This document shows positions 18,167 through 27,981 of a stretch of 64,000 bases of DNA, in pieces. The notes under the pieces were generated by a model. That model saw only the letters and a list, made by a program, of their open reading frames with translations, was not told where the DNA came from and did no database searches. How positions within the stretch are numbered: the first letter of the stretch is position 1; every line of letters begins with the position of its first letter. The DNA comes from Oceanispirochaeta sp. (lineage in GTDB: Bacteria; Spirochaetota; Spirochaetia; DSM-2461): positions 320,001-384,000 of the forward strand of contig CAXXOA010000002.1 of the NCBI GenBank assembly GCA_963666275.2. The letters run 5' to 3'. Both the position numbers and the translations under genes were made by a program.

Positions 18167-19043
18167 GAAGACTCCTTCGGGAGGTTCTGTTTATCTCAAG
18201 AATTTCTGAAATAAGGACGCCTCCGATGATAAGAACAGCGCCCCCTGTCTGAATCAGAGAAAAAGGGTCGTTCATTACCAGGATCGCCAGAAAAGCAGAT
18301 GAAACAGGTTCCAGAGAGTAGAGAATGGCCGCCCGTGTGGGAGTAACAGCATTCTGGTAGCGGGTCATCACATAGACAGCAACCACACTGCCCAACAGAC
18401 TCAGATACAGGAGATTTCCCCACAGAACCGGGGAAGGATCCAGAAAGGGGGCCTCGAAAAACGGCATAAGCCCGAAGGCCAGAAGGGATGTAATGAGGAG
18501 CTGTAGAGATGTGAGAGCCCTCACATCTTCATCGCTGCCTATATTGTCCAGCAGAACGATGTAGAGACTATATCCCACAGCGCTGAAAAGGGTCAGAGTG
18601 TCACCCAGATTAAAAGCCCCCCGGCTCATTCCCCCTGTAATGAGAAAAAGGCCTAAGAAAGCGCAGAAAAGGCCCAGCAGATTTCCCCAGAAGGGGCGCT
18701 TTTTCAGTATCAGAAACTGAAAAAATGGGGTCATCAGAGCATAGAAATAGGTTATGAATCCCGACCTGCTGGCAGTTGTGTACTTCAGGCCGATCGTCTG
18801 CAGACCATAACCTAAGAACATTAAAAAACCCAGGAGAAGACCCTTTTTCAGAATCTCCGGGGTGTATTCTCTGAAGCGGACCCTGTAGAAAAGGGAGAAA
18901 AAGAAAAAGGCAGAAAAGAAGCGCAGCCCCATAAGCATAAGGGGAGAGGTATAGTTCAATGCTGTCTTAATGGAAACAAAAGTCCCCCCCCAGATCAGAG
19001 TTATCATAATAAGGGAAATTTCAGCTTTTCTTGTCTTCTGCAT
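18150..19043 (-). CDS. DMT/EamA family transporter
   Basis: IWGGTF, LQTIGLKYTTAS, GDTLTL, LEPV; about 10 TM; ATG at 19043 preferred over ORF-track start 19085, which lies in the upstream terminator. Confidence 0.9.
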   Translation of the reverse strand: MQKTRKAEISLIMITLIWGGTFVSIKTALNYTSPLMLMGLRFFSAFFFFSLFYRVRFREYTPEILKKGLLLGFLMFLGYGLQTIGLKYTTASRSGFITYFYALMTPFFQFLILKKRPFWGNLLGLFCAFLGLFLITGGMSRGAFNLGDTLTLFSAVGYSLYIVLLDNIGSDEDVRALTSLQLLITSLLAFGLMPFFEAPFLDPSPVLWGNLLYLSLLGSVVAVYVMTRYQNAVTPTRAAILYSLEPVSSAFLAILVMNDPFSLIQTGGAVLIIGGVLISEILEINRTSRRSLLNQAD

Positions 19044-19083
19044 AAGGGAACAAGATACCAGAGCCATCCTGTTAGGACAAGAC

Positions 19084-19111
19084 AAAATAAGGCCATCCCC
19101 AGGGATGGCCT
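19084..19111 (-). terminator. Terminator of the reverse rubrerythrin gene
   Basis: AGGCCATCCC/GGGATGGCCT hairpin followed by TTATTTT on the minus strand. Confidence 0.7.
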
Positions 19112-19137
19112 CTGTTTATACCTGATGGAGGCAGATC

Positions 19138-19683
19138 TTATTTGAAGTATCTGTTCAGGAGGCCTTCGAAGGCGCAACCGTGACGGGCTTCGTCTTTACA
19201 CATTTCATGAACTGTGTCGTGAATGGCATCGTAATTGAGTTCTTTTGCTCTGGTAGCCAGCTGTTTTTTACCTTCACAGGCACCGTTTTCAGCGGCCACA
19301 CGCATTTCCAGATTCTTTTTGGTAGAATCGGTCACAACTTCGCCAAGAAGTTCTGCAAATTTTGCGGCATGTTCAGCCTCTTCCCAGGCGATTCTTTTGT
19401 AGGCTTCCGCTATTTCAGGAAGTCCTTCTCTGTCAGCCTGACGGCTCATAGCCAGGTACATACCAACTTCGGTACATTCACCCATGAAGTTCATTTTCAG
19501 ACCTTCTACGATTTCAGGATCTACATCCCTGGCTACACCTACAAAGTGCTGATCTGCCCAGGCCATTGATCCGGTGGACTGTTCCTGGAATTTTTCTGCA
19601 GGGGCTCCGCACTGGGGACATTTTTCGGGAGCAGAATCTCCCTCATGCATATAGCCGCAAATAGAACAAATAAATTTTTTCAT
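19138..19683 (-). CDS. Reverse rubrerythrin (NADH peroxidase)
   Basis: N-terminal rubredoxin CSICG..CPQCG; ferritin-like [24 protein letters not shown]. Confidence 0.93.
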   Translation of the reverse strand: MKKFICSICGYMHEGDSAPEKCPQCGAPAEKFQEQSTGSMAWADQHFVGVARDVDPEIVEGLKMNFMGECTEVGMYLAMSRQADREGLPEIAEAYKRIAWEEAEHAAKFAELLGEVVTDSTKKNLEMRVAAENGACEGKKQLATRAKELNYDAIHDTVHEMCKDEARHGCAFEGLLNRYFK

Positions 19684-19701
19684 GACATATCTCCTTAGTA
19701 A

Positions 19702-19716
19702 TAGTAATCATTCCTA
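19702..19716. promoter_or_regulatory. Putative Fur/PerR-family 7-1-7 box
   Basis: TAGTAAT-C-ATTCCTA inverted repeat (1 mismatch) just upstream of the rubrerythrin SD. Confidence 0.5.
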
Positions 19717-19904
19717 CCTAAATCCTACAGGAACTTGCTGTTTCTATCAATAGTTTTTTATCTTTTTTTTATGGGAGTGGAAAGGGGATGTCATTTTTCT
19801 TCCCCTGGCAGATCCGCCCCGCCCTGTTTCAGAGAAACGTCTGGGATGCACAATATGGAATTATTTATATAAAAGAGCAAATCTTTCGATTCGTCCTTAT
19901 GCTG

Positions 19905-19922
19905 AAGCGAAAGACGGGACTT
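19905..19922 (-). repeat. 18-bp duplicate of the tRNA-Gly 3' end
   Basis: AAGCGAAAGACGGGACTT occurs at both 19905-19922 and 20082-20099. Confidence 0.9.
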
Positions 19923-20044
19923 CTTTCCAATGGTCATCTTCCTGATGACTCTTTACAAGCCGCCTTCATGAACTAAAACGGCATCCATGCCGGTTTGCGC
20001 TGCGCGACTCGCGCCGTTTATTTCCCTTCAAATCCCGTATAAGC

Positions 20045-20073
20045 AAAAAAAAGGCCAGCTCTTCGAGCTGGCC
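20045..20073 (-). terminator. tRNA-Gly terminator
   Basis: GGCCAGCTC-gaa-GAGCTGGCC followed by T8. Confidence 0.85.
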
Positions 20074-20082
20074 ATAAGTTTA

Positions 20083-20154
20083 AGCGAAAGACGGGACTTG
20101 AACCCGCGACATCCACCTTGGCAAGGTGGAGCTCTACCACTGAGCTACTTTCGC
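20083..20154 (-). tRNA. tRNA-Gly(GCC), CCA not encoded
   Basis: GCGAAAG/CTTTCGC acceptor stem, TAGCTCAGTGGTAGAGC D-arm, CCACC-TTGCCAA-GGTGG anticodon arm, GGTTCAAGTCC T-arm. Confidence 0.97.
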
Positions 20155-20296
20155 ATTTACGGTGCTATTTATATACAATATCGGCCCTCCTGATCAACCC
20201 CCTGAGGAATATTTTTGAAAATCCCTTTGACGACGATTCCCCAATTTCACCTGACAAGGTATCATAATCTGTTAATAACTCATCAAGGCGGGTTTT

Positions 20297-21235
20297 ATGT
20301 CTCTTATACTCTGGATACTGGTTTTAGCTGCTGGATTGCTCATTCTGAGCTATAGTTCCGACTGGTTCATAGATTCTGCGGAAGCCATAGGAGTCCATTT
20401 TCATCTGCCCCATTTTATCATAGGCGTTGTGATCATAGGCTTCGGAACGTCCCTTCCCGAACTGGCGTCCTCCATAGCTGCAGTGGTTCAGGGAAATTCG
20501 GAAATCGTCATAGCTAATGCTGTTGGCTCCAACATAACCAATATTTTTCTGGTTCTGGGTGTCAGCGGCCTTGTGGCAGGATATTATGCTCTGGAACATG
20601 ATATCTTCCAGACGGACATCCCCTTCCTTGTGGGCTCCGCGATCCTTCTGTCCCTGATGACCTACGACAGACACTTTACAAAAATCGAAGCAGTCATCTG
20701 CCTGGCCGCCCTGGCAGTCTATCTCTACCGTTCCATTACCAGCGGATCAATCGCTGAACAGCTGGAAGAGGAGGAAGACAGAAAAAAACTGGGAGTCCTT
20801 CCCTGGATCATACTTCTCCTCTGCCCTGTCGGAATCACTCTGGGAGCCAATCTGACTGTGGAATCTGTAGTCAGGATTTCAGGAATTATCGGAATAGGAA
20901 CAGATATTATTGCGGTAACAGCCGTTGCGCTGGGAACGTCCCTCCCGGAAGTCATGGTTTCCGTGCAGGCAGCCCGGAAGGGAAAAGGCGAAATAGCCGT
21001 AGGCAATGTGATCGGCTCCAATGTATTCAATACCTTTGCGGTGATGGGAGTCAGCGCCCTCTTCGGCCCTCTGACAATCACAGGATCCTATCCTGAAAAG
21101 GTGCTTCCCATGTTCCTCGGGGCCACAGTTATGGGGGTCTATATACTTCAGGATAAAAAAGTATTCCGCTTTGAAGGGGTCCTGCTCCTCATCTTTTACG
21201 CCTTCTTTATAGGATTTTCCTACGGGCTTTTCTGA
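20297..21235 (+). CDS. Calcium/sodium antiporter (CaCA, YrbG-like)
   Basis: Two GTSLPE alpha-repeats with GSNITN and GSNVFN. Confidence 0.95.
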   Translation: MSLILWILVLAAGLLILSYSSDWFIDSAEAIGVHFHLPHFIIGVVIIGFGTSLPELASSIAAVVQGNSEIVIANAVGSNITNIFLVLGVSGLVAGYYALEHDIFQTDIPFLVGSAILLSLMTYDRHFTKIEAVICLAALAVYLYRSITSGSIAEQLEEEEDRKKLGVLPWIILLLCPVGITLGANLTVESVVRISGIIGIGTDIIAVTAVALGTSLPEVMVSVQAARKGKGEIAVGNVIGSNVFNTFAVMGVSALFGPLTITGSYPEKVLPMFLGATVMGVYILQDKKVFRFEGVLLLIFYAFFIGFSYGLF

Positions 21236-21924
21236 GATTCCTCTCGGATAGTCCACTGCCCCGCCACAAGAAGTTCGTAGGGACGGAATCTTCCTTTGTA
21301 GGCCATCTTTGAACAGTCGGCAATATAGTATCCGCTATAGTAGTAGGGATATCCCCGTCTCCGGGTCTCTTCAATTTCCGCCAGGATACTGAAGGTCCCG
21401 GGACTCAGAGAACTGAAATCCGGATCATAGGAGAAGTAGACGGAGCTGAGACCGGATGCCGCCTCATCCAGGATTCCGAATCCGATGAGTTTTCCCTCAC
21501 TGTAAAATTCAGACTGGAAGGAGGGAACCGCAGGCTGAAAGAAATTCCGGAAGAACTCCTCCTCGTTCACCTCCTGACTGAATTTAATCCGGCTGTGTTT
21601 TTCATAGATCCGGAAGAGTTCGTCCCTGTAGGTCAACTCCCGGAAGATCACACGGGTATCCCTGTTTTTTCTGAGGACCCGTTTCTGACTGGCACTTGGC
21701 TGAAAATCATCAACTCTGACTCTAATGGGAATGCACTGACGGCAGTCCGGGCATACAGGTCTGAAAAAAATAAGGCCGAACCGTCGCCATCTGTCGCTGA
21801 GAAGGGTATCAAACTGCTCTGCACCGGCGCCAATTCCTGCAAAATACTCCTGCTGATAGCTCCTTCCCTTCAGATAGGGACAGGAGGAATGACTGCTTAA
21901 CTCGGGTCTGGACAATAACCTCAT
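21220..21924 (-). CDS. Arginyl-tRNA-protein transferase-like (Ate/Bpt)
   Basis: CPYL, WRRFG..FRPVCPDCRQCIPIRV, LSSVYFSYDPD, SPGTFSIL, KMAYK. Confidence 0.92.
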   Translation of the reverse strand: MRLLSRPELSSHSSCPYLKGRSYQQEYFAGIGAGAEQFDTLLSDRWRRFGLIFFRPVCPDCRQCIPIRVRVDDFQPSASQKRVLRKNRDTRVIFRELTYRDELFRIYEKHSRIKFSQEVNEEEFFRNFFQPAVPSFQSEFYSEGKLIGFGILDEAASGLSSVYFSYDPDFSSLSPGTFSILAEIEETRRRGYPYYYSGYYIADCSKMAYKGRFRPYELLVAGQWTIREESQKSP

Positions 21925-22014
21925 AGGGAAAAAATATACCAGAGAAGCCGGGAAAACAAGAGAATGGACAGGACAAAACTATACAAAGGGTGGGAGCGAT
22001 GCTACATTGACCCC

Positions 22015-24150
22015 ATGAAAAATACAGAACTCCTGGCACCGGGCGGCAGTTTCGACTCCGCCATGGCAGCACTGGAAAACGGCGCCGATGCTGTTTATTG
22101 CGGACTGCAGGAATTTTCAGCCAGAAAAGCGGCAAAAAACCTGAGTTTAGACCAGCTCAGCCGGCTGAGAAACTATACTCTGAAGAATGATAAAAAGATC
22201 TATATCGCCCTCAATACCATCCTGAAAGAGAGCGAGATTCCCAGAGTGATAGAGCTGCTGATTCAGCTGCAGGATCTGTCTCCCGACGGTGTGATCCTTC
22301 AGGATCCGGGACTGATCAAAATACTGAAGGACTATTTTCCCCGCATTCCCCTCCACGGTTCCACACAGATGGCGGTCCACAACAGCTGGGGGGCAGGAGT
22401 CCTGAATGAGCTTGGATTCCAGCGGATTGTCCTGCCCCGGGAGATATCAGCCAGAGAAATAGAAGCAATCCATAAAGCTCATCCCTCCATGGAACTGGAA
22501 GTATTCATTCATGGGGCCCAGTGCTATGGTTTTTCAGGAATGTGTCTGGCTTCCGGACTCCTTCTGGGACGGTCCGGCAACAGAGGCGACTGCGGACAGA
22601 TCTGCCGGACCTGGTTCCGCCATGACGAAGAACAGGGATATTTTTTCTCCTGCAATGACCTTTATGCCGGCACGGACATCCTTGCCCTGGCAGAGGCGGG
22701 AGCCTGCTCGCTTAAAATCGAAGGGAGAATGAAATCACCCGCCTATGCGGCGGCCGTCTCCCGTTTATACAGATATATCCTTGACGGGAAGGATCCCGAA
22801 GGGATTGCCCCCCTGGAGGAGGATGCCAGGATCACCTATGCCCGGACACCTGTGAAAGGCCATCTTTTCTCTGAAAAGGGAAGAGAGATGATCAATAGGG
22901 ACTTCCCTTCCCATCTGGGGATTCCCGCCGGAACTGTCACATCCCGGAAAGGCGGCATACTGACCGTCGAATCGCCGGTACCCCTGGAAGGCCGGGACGG
23001 ACTGATGTTCTTTGATGCAAACGGCAAAACCAGGGCTTTCTCCGTTGATCCTGTGAAAAAACCCGCAGGGGGCCGATACTCTCTGAAAGCCCCCGGGGCC
23101 AGTCCGTCCCGGGGAACAGCTCTCTACAAAGTATCCTCCCACAGTCACCACTGGAAAGAGCTGAATCCGGGAAGCTTCAGGCCCTATGTCCTTCCTGTTC
23201 CGGCTCAGATCGAAATCTCCCCGGATGCTCTGAAAATCACACTGGAGATCTGGGATCTGTCTCTCAATTATCCTCTCTCTTTTCAGGAGTCCCGGGATAA
23301 GACCTCAGGGTTTCAGGAAAAACTGGCACAGGAACTGGCGAAATCATCAGATTTCCCCTTCCGGATCGAACCGGAGTTTACGATAGAAGAGAGTGAAACC
23401 GTCTCCCGGTGCTTCCTTCCTCCTTCACAGATAAAAAAAATGCGCCAGGAAATCTACAGCCGCTGTGATGAAGCCAGGAAAAGCCGGAACAGTCAGTTTG
23501 CCCTGACAGTGCAGGAAAAGCTCACAGAAGAGTGGAATCTGCTGCTCCGGACCAACCCTCCGGAAGAACTCCCGTCCCGGGAGAGCTGGTTCTCCCGGAA
23601 ATCCGACCATCCCTATATTACAGATCTCTCAAAGCAGGCAGAGGGATCCTTTCTGCCTCTCTCTCCTCTTCAGTTCCCCCGGGAGGAAGAAAGATTTTCA
23701 AAAGACCTTTTTAAAATCCTGGGAGAATCAGCGGAAAGGACAATCGGTTTGAACAACTGGGGCCATATCGGCCTACTCAGACAGAAAGCCGGAAAACAAA
23801 AACCCTCCTCTCTGATCGATACAGGCCTGCTGGCAGCAAACAAACCTGCCTACATGCTCTTTGCCGAACTGCTGGGAGACAGCCTGAAAGGAGCCTACGG
23901 ATGGATAGAATCACCGGAAGAAGAGCTTCCCTCCTGTTACACCCCAATCCGGGAGAAATCCGCCTTCCCCCTTTTTCTAAGCCGGAACTGTTTTAAGAAA
24001 CACTCATTGAACAGATCCTGCCAGGGATGCAGCCGGAGAGGCCGCTTTCCTCTGGAACAGAACGGAAAGGCCTACACTGTAATCGTGGAAAACTGCCTGA
24101 CCTGGGTTTATCAGGGAAAAAGAGACTCTTCTATGGACCGGGAGATCTGA
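22015..24150 (+). CDS. U32 family protein (RlhA-like, long form)
   Basis: ELLAPGGS, GADAVYCG, HGSTQM, FIHGAQC..SGMC, NRGDCGQICR, SLKIEGRMK; ATG at 22015 preferred over 21964. Confidence 0.9.
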   Translation: MKNTELLAPGGSFDSAMAALENGADAVYCGLQEFSARKAAKNLSLDQLSRLRNYTLKNDKKIYIALNTILKESEIPRVIELLIQLQDLSPDGVILQDPGLIKILKDYFPRIPLHGSTQMAVHNSWGAGVLNELGFQRIVLPREISAREIEAIHKAHPSMELEVFIHGAQCYGFSGMCLASGLLLGRSGNRGDCGQICRTWFRHDEEQGYFFSCNDLYAGTDILALAEAGACSLKIEGRMKSPAYAAAVSRLYRYILDGKDPEGIAPLEEDARITYARTPVKGHLFSEKGREMINRDFPSHLGIPAGTVTSRKGGILTVESPVPLEGRDGLMFFDANGKTRAFSVDPVKKPAGGRYSLKAPGASPSRGTALYKVSSHSHHWKELNPGSFRPYVLPVPAQIEISPDALKITLEIWDLSLNYPLSFQESRDKTSGFQEKLAQELAKSSDFPFRIEPEFTIEESETVSRCFLPPSQIKKMRQEIYSRCDEARKSRNSQFALTVQEKLTEEWNLLLRTNPPEELPSRESWFSRKSDHPYITDLSKQAEGSFLPLSPLQFPREEERFSKDLFKILGESAERTIGLNNWGHIGLLRQKAGKQKPSSLIDTGLLAANKPAYMLFAELLGDSLKGAYGWIESPEEELPSCYTPIREKSAFPLFLSRNCFKKHSLNRSCQGCSRRGRFPLEQNGKAYTVIVENCLTWVYQGKRDSSMDREI

Positions 24151-25853
24151 TAGGCCTGGGATCTCAGCCGGCCGGAGGGTTCAACCACTCCCGATGCAGC
24201 CTGAGTCCCGTCGGGGAAGCTCACAACGTAGTCCAAAACCCCGTTTTCTCCCTGATGAAGACGAAGAACCGGTTCATATCCAGTATAGGATTTCAGGACT
24301 TTTATTCCCTGTCTCCCCAGGGTCCGGGTTATTTTTCTTTCAAGCGCCGCGGAATGAAATCCCGAAAACCTGATTGAAACAGGCAGAGCGAGTCCGTACT
24401 GCTTCAGTCCTCCGGAATTGCTCCTGTAGACAGCGGAAGCCGCCTCTACCGCAGAGACATTCTCTGGCATTTTTTCCAGCAGCATCTGCCTGTAGCTCTC
24501 CTCGACCATACTGGCTTCCCACTCCTTCTGGAAGCTGACAAGGCTCCTGTAGAGCAGATCCGCATCACGCCTTTCCCTTCCCAGTTCAAGATCATACCAG
24601 GGAACGGACAGGGGTTCGTCTTTTTCAAGGATCATGGCTCTCAACCAGTATTTACCGGCAGTGGCCGGGAAACCTTCGGCAGCACTGGCAAGAGTGAGAG
24701 CCCCCCGGAGCCTGCTGCTCCTTTCCCACTGAACCTTTCCGACCCGGAATGTCTGGATCCGGAAAAGGCTGTCATAGTAACGGGAGAGGACAAAATACCT
24801 GGCAAGGCGTCCCAATCTCCGGATCTTCCCTGAAATCCCGGCCCGGGCGGTCAATCTCTCCTGGTGGAATTTCCCCTTATAGATCTCTTTTTTAAGCTCA
24901 ATCATATCCGTCTCAAAGCGGCGGCTGTCGATCCCGTAATAGTACATCCAGGAATCATCACGGTTTTTTTCCAGAGCTTCCACCTGAAAAAGTGCCGCGT
25001 CCAGCCTGCCCCTCTGTCTCTGGAAGGAGGCCAGACTCATGGCGGAAAGGGGTGTTTCATCCAGAGCGGCGGCCGCTTTTATCTGCTTTTCCGCCTCCGC
25101 ATAGTCCCCTTTGGTCAAAAAAAGATCCCCCAGAGCCAGATGACCTCCCGAGCGCTCCATCTCCTGGAGAGAGAGCCGGGCATATTCGATGGCCTTCTCA
25201 TAAGAGTAGAAAGACTGCTCCGCTATAGAGAGATTGTAATAGGCCACTGAGGCAAAATAGTGGTCTCCGCTTTTCAGAGCACTCTCGATAGCCTCCAGAT
25301 AATACTTCCGGCACAGGTCCTGATTGTTCTCTTCTGAATAGAGGGTCCCCAGAGTCAGGGCCAGGGACTTCCGGAACTCCTTTGAAAGAGCCTCTTCCAG
25401 CAGGGGAATTCCTTTTCCGGCCTGATGGGTTTTGAAATACATCCAGCCCAGATCATCAATCAGATAGCTGTCGTACTCTTCTGTTACCAGTTCCTCCAGA
25501 TAGACCAGAGCCTCTTCATTCCTGTCAAGGAATCCCAGAATAGAAGCGATTTCCTTTCGGATTTCCCGGTTTTCCGGGTTCAGCCTTTCAACTTCCCTGT
25601 ACGCTTCCAGGGCCAGATTATAGAGTTTTCTGTCGCTGTAGAGATCCCCCTCTTCTCTGGCAAAGCGGGGGTCTTCAGGATAGGAGGCCTTCCCCTGATC
25701 GATCAGTTCCAGAGCCTTGCTGAAAAACTCTCCCGCCACAGCCCTGTCTATACTTTCCAGCAGGTCCTCCTGAGCCCAGACAGAAGAGGAGACTGTCAGC
25801 ATGAACAGAACCGGAACAAAGAAAAATCCGAAAAGAGAGGTTCGATCAGACAT
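24111..25853 (-). CDS. Exported TPR-repeat protein
   Basis: Signal peptide ending VWA; multiple TPR-like helices (LGWMYF, LGTLYS, LGDLFL). Confidence 0.8.
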   Translation of the reverse strand: MSDRTSLFGFFFVPVLFMLTVSSSVWAQEDLLESIDRAVAGEFFSKALELIDQGKASYPEDPRFAREEGDLYSDRKLYNLALEAYREVERLNPENREIRKEIASILGFLDRNEEALVYLEELVTEEYDSYLIDDLGWMYFKTHQAGKGIPLLEEALSKEFRKSLALTLGTLYSEENNQDLCRKYYLEAIESALKSGDHYFASVAYYNLSIAEQSFYSYEKAIEYARLSLQEMERSGGHLALGDLFLTKGDYAEAEKQIKAAAALDETPLSAMSLASFQRQRGRLDAALFQVEALEKNRDDSWMYYYGIDSRRFETDMIELKKEIYKGKFHQERLTARAGISGKIRRLGRLARYFVLSRYYDSLFRIQTFRVGKVQWERSSRLRGALTLASAAEGFPATAGKYWLRAMILEKDEPLSVPWYDLELGRERRDADLLYRSLVSFQKEWEASMVEESYRQMLLEKMPENVSAVEAASAVYRSNSGGLKQYGLALPVSIRFSGFHSAALERKITRTLGRQGIKVLKSYTGYEPVLRLHQGENGVLDYVVSFPDGTQAASGVVEPSGRLRSQAYQISRSIEESLFP

Positions 25854-27981
25854 TGTGTTCCTCCCTGTAGAAAAGGATCAGCTTGAGAATGGAGAGCAAA
25901 TACTGGCTCTTACCTGCCAGCCCCGAAAAGTCCTTCCTGACCTGCCGGGAAAACCGGAACCAGCGGCGGAGATCAGGAGGATCTGCACTGAAAAGAAGAG
26001 CCTGATATCCGGCAGTATACTTATAAAAGGATTTCAGTCCTTTTCCCCGACAGAACTCTGCCAGCTCCCCGACAGAAAGCCCCCCGGCCCCTTCAGCCCT
26101 GTAGACAGAGAGGAGCAGGGCTCTATTGATTCTATAGGAGGAGATAATACCTTTCCGCCCCCCGGCTGCTCCTGTGAACAGAAAGAGAAGAGAGGCCACT
26201 CTTGCAAGGAGAAGAAAAACAAGGGTGAAAACAAAGATCCGTCCCGGGTTTTCTTTCACAGCGTCCCAGGTTTGATATATCCGGAAGAGAAGACTTCTTT
26301 CTGCCCCCCCGGCGGAGCTGCTGATCTCGGAAAGAGAGGTCTGGTTGTCCAGAATTTCACGGATATACGGTTCCAGTTCATCCGGATTATAGGAAGTGAA
26401 TTCAAAATCCTCTCCCGGGGCCAGAGTCCGGGATGTCGGATCAAATTCAATCCAGCCGTATTCGGGAAAGTAAACCTCTACCCAGGCATGGGCCTGATTG
26501 GCATTGACAGGATAAAAATTGAGGAGGCCGTTCTGTGTATCCACCCAGAACCCCAGAACCACCCGGGAGGGAATGCCCAGACTGCGGCAGAGCAGGGTCA
26601 TGGAGAAAGCGAAATAGGAACAGTAACCCTTTTTTCCCTCAAACAGGAAGTACCGCAGCTGATCTCCCGCAGGAGAGGTCCCGGGGTTCAGGGAATACAG
26701 ATATTCCTTCTGAAAGTAGTCACTGATAGCCGAAGCCTTCAGATAGGCCCCCGGCAGATCTCCGGTTATTTCCATCGCCAGAAGACGAAGATCCTCCTGG
26801 TGCCCGTAGTCCGTATAGTAGCTGTAGAACTCGTCATCAGGGCGGCCCTCCCGGGATGAATTGATATCTCCATCGATAAGCTCCCAGGGCCCGACTCTGC
26901 TCACAAGAGAATCAACCCTGTAAATCCGGGAAAAGGAGGAGTCCTCCCAGGAAAAATAGGGAACAACGCTTTCCGGGATATTCATGCCAAGGAAGGCAGC
27001 TCCGTCAAAGTTGATATAGTAGAATTTCTGAACCACCCTTTCCCGTTCTTTATAATCCGGGGTCTCCCAGCGAACAGCCCCTTCGGGAATCCTGTAATCA
27101 GGGAACATCCTGTCAGGACTCTCATAGCTCTTTTCCCTGTCTGAATAAAAGCCTCCCTCTCTGCTGTAGCCCCCCAGAATGAACCGTCTCAGGTAAAGTT
27201 CCTCGGGAGGCCCCTCTTTCTGCACAAGAAAAACGAGCTCATCCTTCATGGAAATTTTACTTTCCAGGCTCAGAAAAGGCGCAAAATCAAAATTGAAAAG
27301 GGATGACTCCAGAAGTCCCCCTCCCTCTTTCAGAGATTCTGCCTTGTACAAACGCCCGGCTGGAATAAGGAGAAGCCCCATAAGAAGGAGTATGGGGAAA
27401 AGTTCTTTCCTGAATCTGAAATCCTTCCGGCTTCTGACTGTCAGAAAAATGAGAAGACTCAGAATACCGCCGGTTCCGAGGAGGATAAACACAAAAACCA
27501 TATGACCGGGAAAGGGGTTCTCCAGGGTCCAGCCCTCCCTGCCCAGAAGAAGGGCAAAAAGACCCGTGTAGAGGGAAAATTCAGCAAAGGAAAACCAGGG
27601 AAACCTTTCCCCGAGGAAAGAAACAAGAAAGAGGAGAAGGGCCGCGGGAAAAACCAGCAGGTAATAAGAGCGGAAGATGACAGGAAACGAGTCCCAGGGA
27701 AAGGGAAAGAGGGCCGCAGGAAGAGAGAGGAGCCTGATGAGTGGAAACACGAGAAAACCTGCGAGGACCGGAAATAGCGAGACAGAAAATGTCCTTTTCT
27801 TCTGATAGAGAAAGATCCCGGTCGCGAAGCACAGGGCTGAAAAGATCAGAATCCCGGGCCAGAAGGAAAGAGAACTCCTGATCCGGAGCCAGTAGATCAG
27901 AAAGAGAATATGATGAAGAGCCAGGCGGAAAATGAGCTTAAGGGATCTGGAGGACACGCCAACCTCCCTTTCTGTAGGCAT
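25846..27981 (-). CDS. Membrane transglutaminase-like protein (TgpA-like)
   Basis: Multi-TM N-terminus; KGYCSYFA, GIPSRVVLGF, HAWVEVY, WIEFDPT catalytic triad. Confidence 0.92.
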   Translation of the reverse strand: MPTEREVGVSSRSLKLIFRLALHHILFLIYWLRIRSSLSFWPGILIFSALCFATGIFLYQKKRTFSVSLFPVLAGFLVFPLIRLLSLPAALFPFPWDSFPVIFRSYYLLVFPAALLLFLVSFLGERFPWFSFAEFSLYTGLFALLLGREGWTLENPFPGHMVFVFILLGTGGILSLLIFLTVRSRKDFRFRKELFPILLLMGLLLIPAGRLYKAESLKEGGGLLESSLFNFDFAPFLSLESKISMKDELVFLVQKEGPPEELYLRRFILGGYSREGGFYSDREKSYESPDRMFPDYRIPEGAVRWETPDYKERERVVQKFYYINFDGAAFLGMNIPESVVPYFSWEDSSFSRIYRVDSLVSRVGPWELIDGDINSSREGRPDDEFYSYYTDYGHQEDLRLLAMEITGDLPGAYLKASAISDYFQKEYLYSLNPGTSPAGDQLRYFLFEGKKGYCSYFAFSMTLLCRSLGIPSRVVLGFWVDTQNGLLNFYPVNANQAHAWVEVYFPEYGWIEFDPTSRTLAPGEDFEFTSYNPDELEPYIREILDNQTSLSEISSSAGGAERSLLFRIYQTWDAVKENPGRIFVFTLVFLLLARVASLLFLFTGAAGGRKGIISSYRINRALLLSVYRAEGAGGLSVGELAEFCRGKGLKSFYKYTAGYQALLFSADPPDLRRWFRFSRQVRKDFSGLAGKSQYLLSILKLILFYREEHNV

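Noticed and set aside
19905..20099. Intact prophage or genomic island at tRNA-Gly
   Set aside because: The att-like copies are only 177 bp apart, with no integrase or cargo
19788..20193. Short ORFs 19788-19976 and 19987-20193
   Set aside because: They overlap the tRNA and its repeat unit and show no protein-like features
20178..20205. sigma28-like TCAG-N16-GCCGATAT upstream of tRNA-Gly
   Set aside because: Weak -35, and it overlaps a plausible sigma70 promoter (TTGATC...TATAAA); cannot be resolved from sequence
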